A stretch of DNA of 63,498 nucleotides, counting the filler, from Globobulimina sp. (taxonomy: Eukaryota), in the NCBI GenBank assembly GCA_003354225.1. It is 41 parts of 41 records of this genome, joined end to end, with 100 filler letters (N's around TTAATTAATTAA, not from the genome) between each part and the next. Parts side by side here need not be neighbours in the genome. Positions count along the whole stretch, not along the records: positions 1 to 1,452 come from PIVH01016442.1; positions 1,553 to 3,004 come from PIVH01016443.1; positions 3,105 to 4,556 come from PIVH01016444.1; positions 4,657 to 6,108 come from PIVH01016445.1; positions 6,209 to 7,660 come from PIVH01016446.1; positions 7,761 to 9,212 come from PIVH01016447.1; positions 9,313 to 10,764 come from PIVH01016448.1; positions 10,865 to 12,316 come from PIVH01016449.1; 33 more parts are not named here. The stretch is one strand, 5' to 3'. Positions 1 through 10,865 of this stretch are shown piece by piece. A model generated the notes under the pieces. The model was given only the letters and a program-made list of their open reading frames with translations. It was not told the origin of the DNA and did not search any database. Position numbers and translations under genes: made by a program. The first letter of the stretch is position 1. Each line of letters opens with the position of its first letter.

Positions 1-299
1 TGGTAGGTCTACCCATACAGGGAACGTTGGATATTGGTGTATAGATAGTAGATTTTGGTGTATAAATGGTAGATTTTGGTGGATATTGGTGGATAAATGG
101 TGAATTTGATGGATAAACAGTGGATTTTGGTGGACGAATGATGGTTTTAATCCCTCTATATCACAATATTTTATTAAAAGTCCCAATTTTGCATAAAATT
201 CAGTTAAAAATTGCTAATTCTTAACCAAGGTTACATACTTTACCATACACAGTGATGCTTTTTTATCTGAAATCATTAAGTTTATCATCGAAATAGGTC

Positions 300-960
300 G
301 AAAGTTAGAGAAAACTTGTAAAATCTTTAGATATTTTCTGAAAATAAATGAAATTTTAACCGATAGCACGAAACTTATCATAGAACTAAATTAAAATTAC
401 TGAAATCTTGTAAAAATATTGTAGAAAATATTCAAATATTTTGACGTCAGTGCTATTTTTAACATCAAAATTACAGAGATCTTGTATAATCTCTACATAT
501 TTTCAGAAAATAATAGAACTTCTACCCGAAAGCCTTAACTTTATCACAGAAATAAGTTAAAATTACTGAAACTTTGCAACAAATGTAGACTCTTTGCTGA
601 AAATTTCAAATATATTGATAGTTGAGCACGAAAACTTATTGAAATGGTGAACAAACTCTAGGCGTTAACCAAAAATAATAGAAAATTTTAATCGAAAGTG
701 CTATATTTAATAATAAAGAAAGAGAGAATTACAAAAAGTCTGGAGAAATCTTGACATTCTCAGAAACTAATTGTAAAAGTTTAACTGAAATCGATACTTT
801 TGGTATAGAAGCACGATAAAAATTTGTGAAATCGTGACAACATTCGATATTTTATGAGAAGTAATGGAACGTTTTACTGTAAGGACTCATTTTTAACTCT
901 GAGATTACAAAGACATTCATTAAAATGCTGAAATTTACAGAGTTTTTAACAGAAAATCTA
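300..960. repeat. Degenerate tandem repeat, ~80-90 bp period
   Basis: Recurring 'ttactgaaatcttg / ttacagagatcttg / ttactgaaactttg ... gaaaataa ... ccga(t/a)agc'; no ORF. Confidence 0.45.
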
Positions 961-1236
961 AAATTTCTCATACAATATAGTGTTTTGCTCACTGTTTAGG
1001 GAGGCAAAAGTATTTCTGCTACATACATGAACACATGTGATTTCTGTGGTTGTTTTGTAGAAAGTGTTATAGAAAATGTAAACGTAAAAGTAAAATGTAA
1101 ACATCTATAAAGTTCAATTTGTTGGTCTCTTTGTTAGCCTATTCCTTTGTTTAACAATGTAACCGATTGTTAAAACAATATATTTTAAAAGCCCCAAAGA
1201 CATTAATCAACAGCTGTTCATCTGCGGCATATTATG

Positions 1237-1452
1237 CCACATAGTCGGCATCGGTTCTGTGTGACTCAGTGAGCCACATAGTCTATGTCGTTTGTACTTT
1301 GGGCGTCGTTTAATAATGGCGGGAAACTTGGCGTCACTTGGTGACTCAGTGAGTCATGCAGGCCGCGTCAGCTGTCACATAGTCAGCGTCACTAGTAAAT
1401 GACTCAGTGAGTCACATAGTCGGCGTCAGTAGTGAATGACTCAGTGAGTCAT
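1237..1452. repeat. Short repeat array with palindromic TGACTCAGTGAGTCA core
   Basis: Core at 1262, 1342, 1400 and 1437, interleaved with CACATAGTCGGCGTC-like motifs. Confidence 0.85.
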
Positions 1453-1552
1453 NNNNNNNNNNNNNNNNNNNNNNNNNNNNNNNNNNNNNNNNNNNNTTAA
1501 TTAATTAANNNNNNNNNNNNNNNNNNNNNNNNNNNNNNNNNNNNNNNNNNNN
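1453..1552. other. Artificial contig linker (first of 40)
   Basis: N44-TTAATTAATTAA-N44 (stops in all six frames) recurs every ~1551 bp; the contigs between are 1450-1452 bp. Confidence 0.98.
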
Positions 1553-1554
1553 GG

Positions 1555-1824
1555 AAAGATGATAAAAAGGATGAAGTGAAGTCTGTCCCTCCTCCACTTG
1601 AACAACAAAATAATGATAATGTATATGAGGAGGAAGAGGAAGAAGAGGAAGTATCCACCGAAGGGGAAGATGAATTTGAAGAAGATGATGATGATTCAAG
1701 GTCAGAGGAAGAGGAGGAAGAAGAAGAGGAAGATGAAGAAGCTGATTATGATGAGGAAAATGAGGATGATGATGTTGATGGAAATGGAACGATTGATCTC
1801 TGTACTGATAGTGACGAAGATTAA
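1555..1824 (+). CDS. 3' end of an acidic protein ending in a SIM-like motif (partial)
   Basis: E/D-rich frame open from the contig edge, ending TIDLCTDSDED*. Confidence 0.65.
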   Translation, partial: KDDKKDEVKSVPPPLEQQNNDNVYEEEEEEEEVSTEGEDEFEEDDDDSRSEEEEEEEEEDEEADYDEENEDDDVDGNGTIDLCTDSDED

Positions 1825-2023
1825 CTTGTTTAATTAACAACTTTGACTATTTGGGTATTTAAATCCAATATATTGTAATTTTTTTATAAGGTAATTAACA
1901 TAATTATTGTGCGCGTCGCATTAAACACCCTTCTCCTACGTTACACAATCCATTTGAAGTTTTTTTTGCTTGGCAGTAACATCATTAACAAAATAGTGAG
2001 AACTTAGAAATATCCGGTCAATC

Positions 2024-3004
2024 ATGACAGTGTTCCAAATGTTCTTGGTATTGGCTGCATTGGTGTACATGTTAAATATATCAGCACAAGATATATCCAC
2101 TACAAACAATGCACAAATTGCAACATCCACACCGTTATTTGAAAGTTCTGTCACAGAACAAGCAAGCAAAAAATCATCAGGTACAAGCAAAAAAGAATCA
2201 CGTGCAAGCAAAAAAAGCAAAAAAAGCAAAAAAAGCAAAAAATCATCACGTGATTCAAATGATGAGCCATATGCATCCACTACAAGCAACAACAATGCTC
2301 AATCAGCAACAGATTCACGAGGGTCAGAAACAGTATCTGATGCTAGTAACAATGATTCAGATGAATCAGAAACATCATCAGCTGCAGACACAAGTGACAA
2401 TCAAAGCAACCGTTCACGAGATTCAAAAGATTCAAAAGATTCAGACGAATCTAACGCATCATCAGGCAATGATGATTCAAATGATTATGTGTCAACAACC
2501 GCAGCAACTGACAATCAAAGCAATGGCCATGGTTCAAAAGATTCAGAAGATTCAGGTAATAGTGACTCAGTCTCAGATGAAGATCCATCAACAACCGAAT
2601 ATGCATCAAATACATTAGGAGGAAATACTGTTACTGCAACTCAATCTGTAGTAGATGTGCCTGTACAACTTTTCGCAGAAGGAGCCGTGGACGAAAGTGA
2701 AGGGGAATGCTCCGAAAGAACAGAAGCAGTATGCAATGGCAACACTTATTGTGAATGGGATGGGAATGAATGTAATACGAAATCAGAGACACAATCCGAT
2801 AGCACATTTGGATTTGAGAGTGAAGCACAAACAGTTATGTCAGTACTGGTCATGTTGAATATAGTATATATTTCCTGTATGAATAAATATTTAGGCAAAT
2901 AGTGTTGTATTAATTGTGGTGTCTGGCATTTTAGCCTTTGCTGCTGTTTGTGGCATAATGATTTATTTTTTATGCTGTCGGCTTAAAGATGGTAATAAAT
3001 ATAA
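2024..3004 (+). CDS. Ser/Asp-rich type I membrane protein
   Basis: Signal peptide, S/D/N-rich stalk, small Cys module; probable intron ~2849-2894 leads to TM segment VVLIVVSGILAFAAVCGIMIYFL. Confidence 0.75.
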
Positions 3005-3275
3005 NNNNNNNNNNNNNNNNNNNNNNNNNNNNNNNNNNNNNNNNNNNNTTAATTAATTAANNNNNNNNNNNNNNNNNNNNNNNNNNNNNNNNNNNNNNNN
3101 NNNNTGGTATACACAAAATTACACGGATTCGTATGTATAATTTTATGATGTAATTATATAGATTTAGGACGGTGTCTCCGTCGTTTGCAATATTTAATAA
3201 TAACAAACACAGTTTTTTTATTTTCTAAATATATATCATCACATAATTATTTGTGCCTATTTTGTATATACAAAA

Positions 3276-4508
3276 TCATGCATGTTTTTCTTCAATTAAT
3301 TGAATATTATGATTGCTTCTTGTATGTAATTGTACAATTGGATAATATGTCAAATTCTCATCTAATTTAACTTTTGTACCCATAATTCTCTCATTTCTAT
3401 TAAATTGAATAAACCATTGATTACAGACACATAAATCAAAAATAATCGTAATAATATCATCATTTCTCCATTTATTAATATTACCAAGTTGTTGATTTAT
3501 AATATTTTTGCCATTAATATATTTTAATAATGTCCCATCGGACCAAATGCAAATAAATGTACCACCCAACAATTCGCCTTCTTCTTCCTGTAATTTGCCT
3601 AATAAATGATATAAACCATAGCCTTTTTTCACCATTTTGTTGCAAATTGTTGATATGCCCACTGCTAAATAATTATCACATAAATTTATTTTATATTTCA
3701 ATGTATGAATTCCTTTATTATATCCTCTGTCACTTAGACATAATAAATATGCTGCTTTTATCATTTGGTTCTTCGTGCACGACATCACATTTTCATTCAC
3801 ATTCACATTCACACATTTTTCATCATAAATTACAAATTTACACTCTAACCATTCTTTTTCCAGTTTTGTGTCTATTTTTTTTCGATTTTCAGCCAATTTC
3901 TGCTGATATTCAGCCAGCCTTTGTTTCTCTACAATTCCTTGATATTTTTCTACGGATTTTGTATAAATTTTAGTGATCATTTTTGATTCATTGTAATCAT
4001 CCAATTTGTACGTTGATGTCTCAATCATTTTAACTAAAACATCAATAACTAAATGATCACCAAACTCAAAATACTTTCCATTACCGATCAATGTTTCCAA
4101 TATAACCTTCAATATTTGTGCATCATTCTCGCTGTCCGCATATTTTATTTTTGCAAAACGCATACAGGCAATAAATAAATCTTCATCGTGTATGCCACAA
4201 AATTTATTTGTAATAAAGATGAAATCTTCAAAGCCGTGCAATGATAATTTAAATAACAATGGATGAACTAACAATTGTTTGCTATGTTCAAATGAAAATT
4301 GTCTCTTTAGCGCAAAACGTGGACATTTAGCAAAAATAATGGATATTAATGGTATTGCTTCAGGGCTGGAAAACGAATCAATTGCTAATAACAGTGACAA
4401 TAAATTGTCTGATGATAAATTGTATAAATTAATATTTGCAAATAACTCCAAACAACACCGACGTATTGCATTTATCCCATATTTTATACAAACGCAGTAT
4501 AAATCCAA
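3276..4508 (-). CDS. BTB/BACK-like plus SPRY-like protein (5' partial)
   Basis: 410-aa ORF; end of BTB (KYGINAIRRCC), BACK-like DEDLFIACMRF, C-terminal beta-rich 'WRNDDIITIIFD...YYPIVQ'. Confidence 0.55.
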   Translation of the reverse strand: MDLYCVCIKYGINAIRRCCLELFANINLYNLSSDNLLSLLLAIDSFSSPEAIPLISIIFAKCPRFALKRQFSFEHSKQLLVHPLLFKLSLHGFEDFIFITNKFCGIHDEDLFIACMRFAKIKYADSENDAQILKVILETLIGNGKYFEFGDHLVIDVLVKMIETSTYKLDDYNESKMITKIYTKSVEKYQGIVEKQRLAEYQQKLAENRKKIDTKLEKEWLECKFVIYDEKCVNVNVNENVMSCTKNQMIKAAYLLCLSDRGYNKGIHTLKYKINLCDNYLAVGISTICNKMVKKGYGLYHLLGKLQEEEGELLGGTFICIWSDGTLLKYINGKNIINQQLGNINKWRNDDIITIIFDLCVCNQWFIQFNRNERIMGTKVKLDENLTYYPIVQLHTRSNHNIQLIEEKHA

Positions 4509-4712
4509 TGCATTATATGCTGTTATTTTTATATCAAGTTAATTTCATATTTATTTNNNNNNNNNNNNNNNNNNNNNNNNNNNNNNNNNNNNNNNNNNNN
4601 TTAATTAATTAANNNNNNNNNNNNNNNNNNNNNNNNNNNNNNNNNNNNNNNNNNNNATCCCGTTTGGCCTGCACGGACCTCTCAAAAGATGCCTTCTGGT
4701 TCCTCAAATTGG

Positions 4713-4893
4713 TTTGCATCAGGTTACACTGCCCCTTGAACCAGGCCAGCAAATCCCTATGGGCACTAACATCGCAAAACTGGCACAGCAGGATTCATTA
4801 ATTGCTGAACTACAAATACCTGAAATTCAAATTCGTGATGTTGAAATTGGCCAGAGAGTCATTGTCGATACACGCAATAATAAAATATCCGGA
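4713..4893 (+). CDS. Bacterial HlyD/RND membrane-fusion protein fragment
   Basis: LPLEPGQQIPMGTNIAKLAQQDSLIAELQIPEIQIRDVEIGQRVIVDTRN; truncated at both ends. Confidence 0.75.
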
Positions 4894-5090
4894 ATTATAT
4901 TCATTGCCGAACAAATGCGGCTTCCTCGGACAGAACACCCATCCCGGGCACGTCCATCTATTCGTCCATGGCGACATTGACTCATCTAGGCAGCATACCC
5001 ATCCTGCGACGAAGACAACCGCCATATTCCTATTCCATTCAGCTATCATCTGACGAATCCTGAAAAATGGATCACGATAGTTTGGCGGAT
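4894..5090 (-). mobile_element. piggyBac-type (DDE_Tnp_1_7) transposase fragment
   Basis: RDPFFRIRQMIAEWN...CLDESMSPW...CPGWVFCPRKPHLFGNEY, the region around the first catalytic Asp. Confidence 0.8.
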
Positions 5091-5896
5091 AGAATTTGTG
5101 ATGAAGCCTCTTCCAATAAAACAATTGATTTTATTGACGGTGTGGCGTATTGGGATGGAACAGGAAGAATTTTAATGGGTACAATGATAGATAATATACC
5201 AAATAATAAGAGATTATTAGACAAATCCATCATATTTCATAAATATATCAATAATGTTCAAAATGGTGATACGGAATTAATAATAATGAGTATTGACGAA
5301 TATTTATGGCGATGGGATTCTGATTTATTTTGGTGTTTGGAGCCAGTGCAATTTTTAAATAATAAATGGATTCGATGGTGTTTGGGCCCAAATGTTATGA
5401 GATCTGATGTTTTGAGACATTTTCATCAATTCATATTTAAGAGAGATATTATTGTTCAAAACAAAAAGAAGCTGGCAATCAAATGTTTATTCAAGATATT
5501 ATTGTGCAGCAAAAGAGTGTTAGAAATTGGTTACGATTTCATTTTGAAGAAATATTATATTTACGAAAAGGGAGCAATGTTCATTATCCATTATGGTTAT
5601 GCCCAACCAAAGGAAATGAAAATGATTATACATTAATGTGCGTAAACGATAAAACAATAAATGTTAATTTTGGTTTTTGGAGTACTGTTGAATGGGATAA
5701 ACCTATTAAATTAAATAAATTTGTTGAAAATAATTTGGGAAAATATAATGCATTGAAAATATTATATTCTACTGTTTTATTTGAAAAACAACAATTTTAT
5801 GACATTTATAATGGTAAAGAATATTTTAAATTGAAAGCTAAATATGACAAAGATAATAAAATTCGTAGCTTTTATGAGAAATGCACCAAAAAATGA
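5090..5896 (+). CDS. FAD-linked oxidoreductase, Delta24-sterol reductase-like, C-terminal half with frameshift ~5443
   Basis: FIDGV...EYLWRWDSDLFWC in one frame; FIQDIIV...YPLWLCP...VNFGFWS...KILYS...LKAKYD...FYEK in the next. Confidence 0.7.
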
Positions 5897-6208
5897 TCTC
5901 GTATTTCAAAATAACTTGTATTTATTTCTCAAACTTTTGTTACTGCATTTAATTTTTTGCAAATTAGGATGAAAAAGTTGTTTAATAAATCATTTTTTTC
6001 AATACAACATATCATTGCAAACTAGAATGGATGAATGTGATAATGATTTGCGATCAGTTTTGTGAGAGATCATTTACAAAGAAGGATCAAGTTTTATTCT
6101 AAGTTTTTNNNNNNNNNNNNNNNNNNNNNNNNNNNNNNNNNNNNNNNNNNNNTTAATTAATTAANNNNNNNNNNNNNNNNNNNNNNNNNNNNNNNNNNNN
6201 NNNNNNNN

Positions 6209-6686
6209 CATTTAATGTTTCAATATAAAACGCCTCGTACCTGGGGTCACGCCGTCAGTACAGATCTATTGCATTGGCAAAATCTACCAATCGCAATAAA
6301 CACCGACGAAGCATACGATAAAGGTGGCGTATGGTCTGGATCTACCACTGGTAATATTTGACCTGCATTTCACTGCATACATAGCATAACCACAAAAATG
6401 TATATAATACACAGTGTTAACGGATGGTACACCGGTTGCAATGTACAGCGTCAGCTCCAATGACAAAATGTGCATTGCCTATCCATCCGATTTGAATGAT
6501 GCAAACCTTACAAAATGGACGGATTACGCTGGGAATTGCATATTGAGTGCAAACAATATTGTTCCAACTGGAAGAGATGTTACTTTCTATGCACATTCGT
6601 CTTATCTGCATTAATTACCCAACGGATTTAAAAATATATACTTAGCCCACTAGTTCGTGGACTACAGACAGCGGAAAAACATGGAG
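6209..6686 (+). CDS. Glycoside hydrolase family 32 (invertase/fructosidase), partial and spliced
   Basis: [29 protein letters not shown] motif restored by GT-AG introns 6351-6414 and 6579-6645; not resolved by the ORF track. Confidence 0.88.
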
Positions 6687-6743
6687 GTTAGGACTGAAAA
6701 CAACAAATCACAAAAACACACGCAAAAAGAAAATAAAAAACAA

Positions 6744-7658
6744 TCATTGTTTAATTATCAAACAATCCCAGTCACCATCTTTTGAGAAATTTATATTCCA
6801 TTTTTTATCCTTAAATCTTTGTTTTACTGACTCATTAAAAATATCACTTAACCAGCTTGCTATATATTTATATTCATCAGAATCTTCATCATATAAAACT
6901 CTCCTTGCTTTAATAATATATTTAATGGATGATTTGCATGATTCAATCGATGATAAAAATGATAATAAATTAAATTTATATTCTGTTTCTCCTCTCCAAT
7001 CCGTTGCATAAATAACAATTTTATTAAGATTTGTAAATATTGGAAATATTTTCGGATTTATTACATTTAAATATGAATTATTCTCTCTGTAAATAAATAA
7101 ATCACTTAATTCCTTAAAATATGTTAATATGTCATCCATTCTAATCACTAATTCTGTTTTTTTATTTACAAATAAATGAAATGAATCAAGAATATATGGA
7201 TCAATATCTTGTTTCTCTTTTTCTTGATTTAATTTATTATTTATTAAGGCAGTCAATATTAAAATATCTGATGGCAAAATATTTAGATTATTCTTAGCGT
7301 ATTCGCTTACATCTACACCAGATATCATATGATCGAATAAATAAAAGGCATGGAATATCTCTTTATAATTTTTAGCTGTCTCAATTATTATTATTGACTC
7401 AATTTTTAATCGCTGTCTTGTAAACATAAATAATCTCTCATTTTCATCTGAAAAATTTGAAATCCAGCTACAATCGAAATAATTTTGTGCACTGGCTGCC
7501 CATTCATCATTTATTAATTGCATAATGATACCATCGCGTTGAGCAAAGTTAATTGCAATTTCAATATCTTTTGTTGTGGAACAGGGTCCACTTAAAAATA
7601 TGGCAAATGCGGAAAGAGTTAAAACCAGAGATAAACCACAATAAAATGATGAGGGCGG
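6744..7658 (-). CDS. ADP-ribosyltransferase-like domain protein (5' partial)
   Basis: Frame open to the contig end: FYCG...GPCSTTKDIEIAINFA..GIIMQL...FDCSWISNFSDENERLF. Confidence 0.6.
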   Translation of the reverse strand, partial: PPSSFYCGLSLVLTLSAFAIFLSGPCSTTKDIEIAINFAQRDGIIMQLINDEWAASAQNYFDCSWISNFSDENERLFMFTRQRLKIESIIIIETAKNYKEIFHAFYLFDHMISGVDVSEYAKNNLNILPSDILILTALINNKLNQEKEKQDIDPYILDSFHLFVNKKTELVIRMDDILTYFKELSDLFIYRENNSYLNVINPKIFPIFTNLNKIVIYATDWRGETEYKFNLLSFLSSIESCKSSIKYIIKARRVLYDEDSDEYKYIASWLSDIFNESVKQRFKDKKWNINFSKDGDWDCLIIKQ

Positions 7659-7970
7659 CTNNNNNNNNNNNNNNNNNNNNNNNNNNNNNNNNNNNNNNNN
7701 NNNNTTAATTAATTAANNNNNNNNNNNNNNNNNNNNNNNNNNNNNNNNNNNNNNNNNNNNAGGATGGGAAATATGACACGTAATTTTGTAATGTTATTTT
7801 GATTATTAGATCTTATTTTAGTTTGGATTGAGTTTTTGTTTTAAAATACTTTTAAATTTATTTCTGGATTGGATTGCAGCTTTGTATTTGGATCAGTTTG
7901 TGAGTTATAGCCAGTATACAAGTCCGAGCTCACCAAAAAAAAAGTTTTCTTAGTTCCCATTTATATTAAA

Positions 7971-8834
7971 ATGGGTTCGGTCATTTCATTCAAACGATTG
8001 CATACTAACTCAAAAAAATTCAATGATTTCTATGAATTTGGAGGAGAAATCGGCGTTGGTTCGTGTTCTTTTGTCCGACGATGTTTTCGTAAATCAGATT
8101 TGGCAGCATTTGCAGTAAAAATAATAAATAAAAAGTATCTGTTAAAATCAGAATTATCCGGATTACAAAATGAGATACAAATTTTACAAGAAGTCAAAGG
8201 TAAAAATATTATTAAATTAATGGATGTTTTTGATGATGGAAAGCAGATACTAATGGTGTTAGAATTATGTCGGAGGAGTAATTTACTCCATATTTTATCC
8301 AAAAAAAAATTCCTTTCTGAAAATAAATCCGCTGAAATAATGTATACATTATCAGATGTAATACAATATTTGCATGAAAATGGCGTAGTTCACAGACACT
8401 TAACGCCAGAAAATATATTATTTGGATTCGACGGCACATTGAAAATTACAGATTTTAGTTTGGCACATATTCATAACTCATCATTAGATGCACCACTATT
8501 AATGCAGAAAAAGTGTGGTACGCCGGAATGTGTGGCACCGGAAATACTGTTAAACGGTGCATATGATAATAAGTCTGATATGTGGTCGTTAGGTTGCATT
8601 CTCTATGTGATGTTAGTTGGATATTTTCCATTTGAAGCAAACTCAATCGATGAACTTTACGATTTGATCGTGACTGGAAATTATAACTTTCGTTCGAAGC
8701 GATGGAAAAATATATCAAATGCCGCGAAAGATTTAGTTGAGTGTTTGTTGCAAATTGATCCAAAAAAACGATATTCTGCAAACGATGTTAAATTTCATCC
8801 TTGGATTATTCAACAACGACATAATTTTGTATGA
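7971..8834 (+). CDS. CaMK-group protein kinase, predicted pseudokinase
   Basis: Complete fold (AVKII, CGTPECVAPE, DMWSLG) but HRHLTPEN and DFS. Confidence 0.9.
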   Translation: MGSVISFKRLHTNSKKFNDFYEFGGEIGVGSCSFVRRCFRKSDLAAFAVKIINKKYLLKSELSGLQNEIQILQEVKGKNIIKLMDVFDDGKQILMVLELCRRSNLLHILSKKKFLSENKSAEIMYTLSDVIQYLHENGVVHRHLTPENILFGFDGTLKITDFSLAHIHNSSLDAPLLMQKKCGTPECVAPEILLNGAYDNKSDMWSLGCILYVMLVGYFPFEANSIDELYDLIVTGNYNFRSKRWKNISNAAKDLVECLLQIDPKKRYSANDVKFHPWIIQQRHNFV

Positions 8835-9312
8835 ATTATACTCGGTCCGTGAATAACGAATTAATGCAATCTGTTTAATTTGTGAATTTGTGAATTTCTG
8901 TTTTTAATTTTTAGTTTCTAATATATTTTTGTTTTCCCTTCTATATGTTTAATAACTTCATTTCAACTCTATCTCATTGCCTTTTCTTTAATTTTTTCTA
9001 ATTGTTGTGATATTTATATGAAATTCTCTCTCTCTCTCTCGGTCTCTCAGAAGATAATATGTCAAGAAACGCGTAATACGTACGTCTTTAATTTGCAAGC
9101 ACAATATGGACAAATAGAAACAATATAAGGTCAAATGGAAACAGTATTTGTAGACTTGCTAATATGTGCAGTATATTGTTTCAGTTGTACATACAACCTT
9201 GTTTTAGATTTANNNNNNNNNNNNNNNNNNNNNNNNNNNNNNNNNNNNNNNNNNNNTTAATTAATTAANNNNNNNNNNNNNNNNNNNNNNNNNNNNNNNN
9301 NNNNNNNNNNNN

Positions 9313-10764
9313 TGTTGGTGGTTTGTACAAAGTATTCATCGCCTTCGTCATCATAATACGTACTGAGCCAAATATTATAAGTATCACTTATATTTACATC
9401 ATAACCAAACTGATTGTGTTCAATTCGTGGCGTTGTATATGTAATTACTGGCGCTTTATTTGCAGTGCTGGTGCCATTGAATATAATTTGCGGTTGAGAT
9501 TGAACGGAAATGGACGTAGTTGCAATGTGATTGCCCACAATTTCAATATCACCCCGGCCATAAATAGAGGATGAATTCCATTCCACATAATCATCAATCA
9601 TGAAAATATTGGTTGTGTTTGAGCCACCAATTGTGATTACATTTTGTGTGTTGATGAAATTTATTTCGGTTTCGTCGAAATAGTATGAATATGTATATGA
9701 GGAATAATTGCTGCTATTTCGTAATAAATATAAAGGCATTTCATCATTGGGTTGAAATTGAATTTGAGAGTCAACAAAAACGGGGGTATTTATGGAGATG
9801 CATTTGGATGAAACATTGATTCGATTTGTTAAATTAATGGCATTGCCTTCAAAATAAATACAGTTTGTGGTGTTGGTGGCATTTGAAGCTGTATTAAATG
9901 CCATTTGTTTGTTGGTTGATAAACCATTAATTATTATTTGGTCCACATCAAATGTGTTAAAGGTTTGATAATTTCCAAAATAATTATTTCCATCGCCGAT
10001 TAATATAAACGAGGACACATCAAAGCGATTAAACTCATCATTTGTAAGACAAAAATCGGTATTTCCTGCGCATGAAAGAGGACCAATGTTCATGACAGAA
10101 TTCTTATTACTGTGACATTGACTCGATTTGATATGGAAATCAAACTGATTGTAGGCAGAGGAAATGGTTGCATTGTCCAATAAATTAATATCTGCAGAGA
10201 ACATATTGATTAAAATGATGTGCGGTGAAGCAAAATTAATGAAATTATTTTGTGCCAATGTAAAATGTCCTGAACAATTCTTATTAAAATCACTGATTAT
10301 TTGGAATACGCCGGAACCGATAACGTATTCACTGATATTCCATAAAATGTGATTTCCGGCAACTAAAGAAAAGGGGGATTCAATCATTAAACTTCCTTCT
10401 CCAAAAATATTGAAATTTTGACCGAATTCAAACAATGTTAAACCAGACCCAGTAACATTTAAACCATTTGAACATATCCAATCTGCACTTTCTGTCACTG
10501 TCACATTTGTGCGTACTAAACAATACAAACAATTTAAATCGAGAGAGACACAATCAACGACGCCATGTAATAGACACTGTTTTGGGGAGACTAAGGTAAC
10601 AATTTTTGAAACTCCGGATGACGAGATTTGAGGTAAAGATGACACATAAATGGAACCATTTTTGGAATCAAATATTAAATTTGTGCCATAAACTTGTGCT
10701 AATTCGGTTTGTAATATATTCATGGAATAATTGTGATTATCATTTGGTACGTTATTAAATCCGC
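9313..10764 (-). CDS. Fragment of a large Asn/Ser/Ile-rich extracellular, adhesin-like protein
   Basis: Uninterrupted frame across the whole contig; beta-strand-rich composition. Confidence 0.6.
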
Positions 10765-10865
10765 NNNNNNNNNNNNNNNNNNNNNNNNNNNNNNNNNNNN
10801 NNNNNNNNTTAATTAATTAANNNNNNNNNNNNNNNNNNNNNNNNNNNNNNNNNNNNNNNNNNNNG

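Noticed and set aside
1497-1508. TTAATTAATTAA repeated every ~1.55 kb
   Set aside because: Artificial linker inside N-runs; ORF tails such as 'XXXLIN' are artefacts of it
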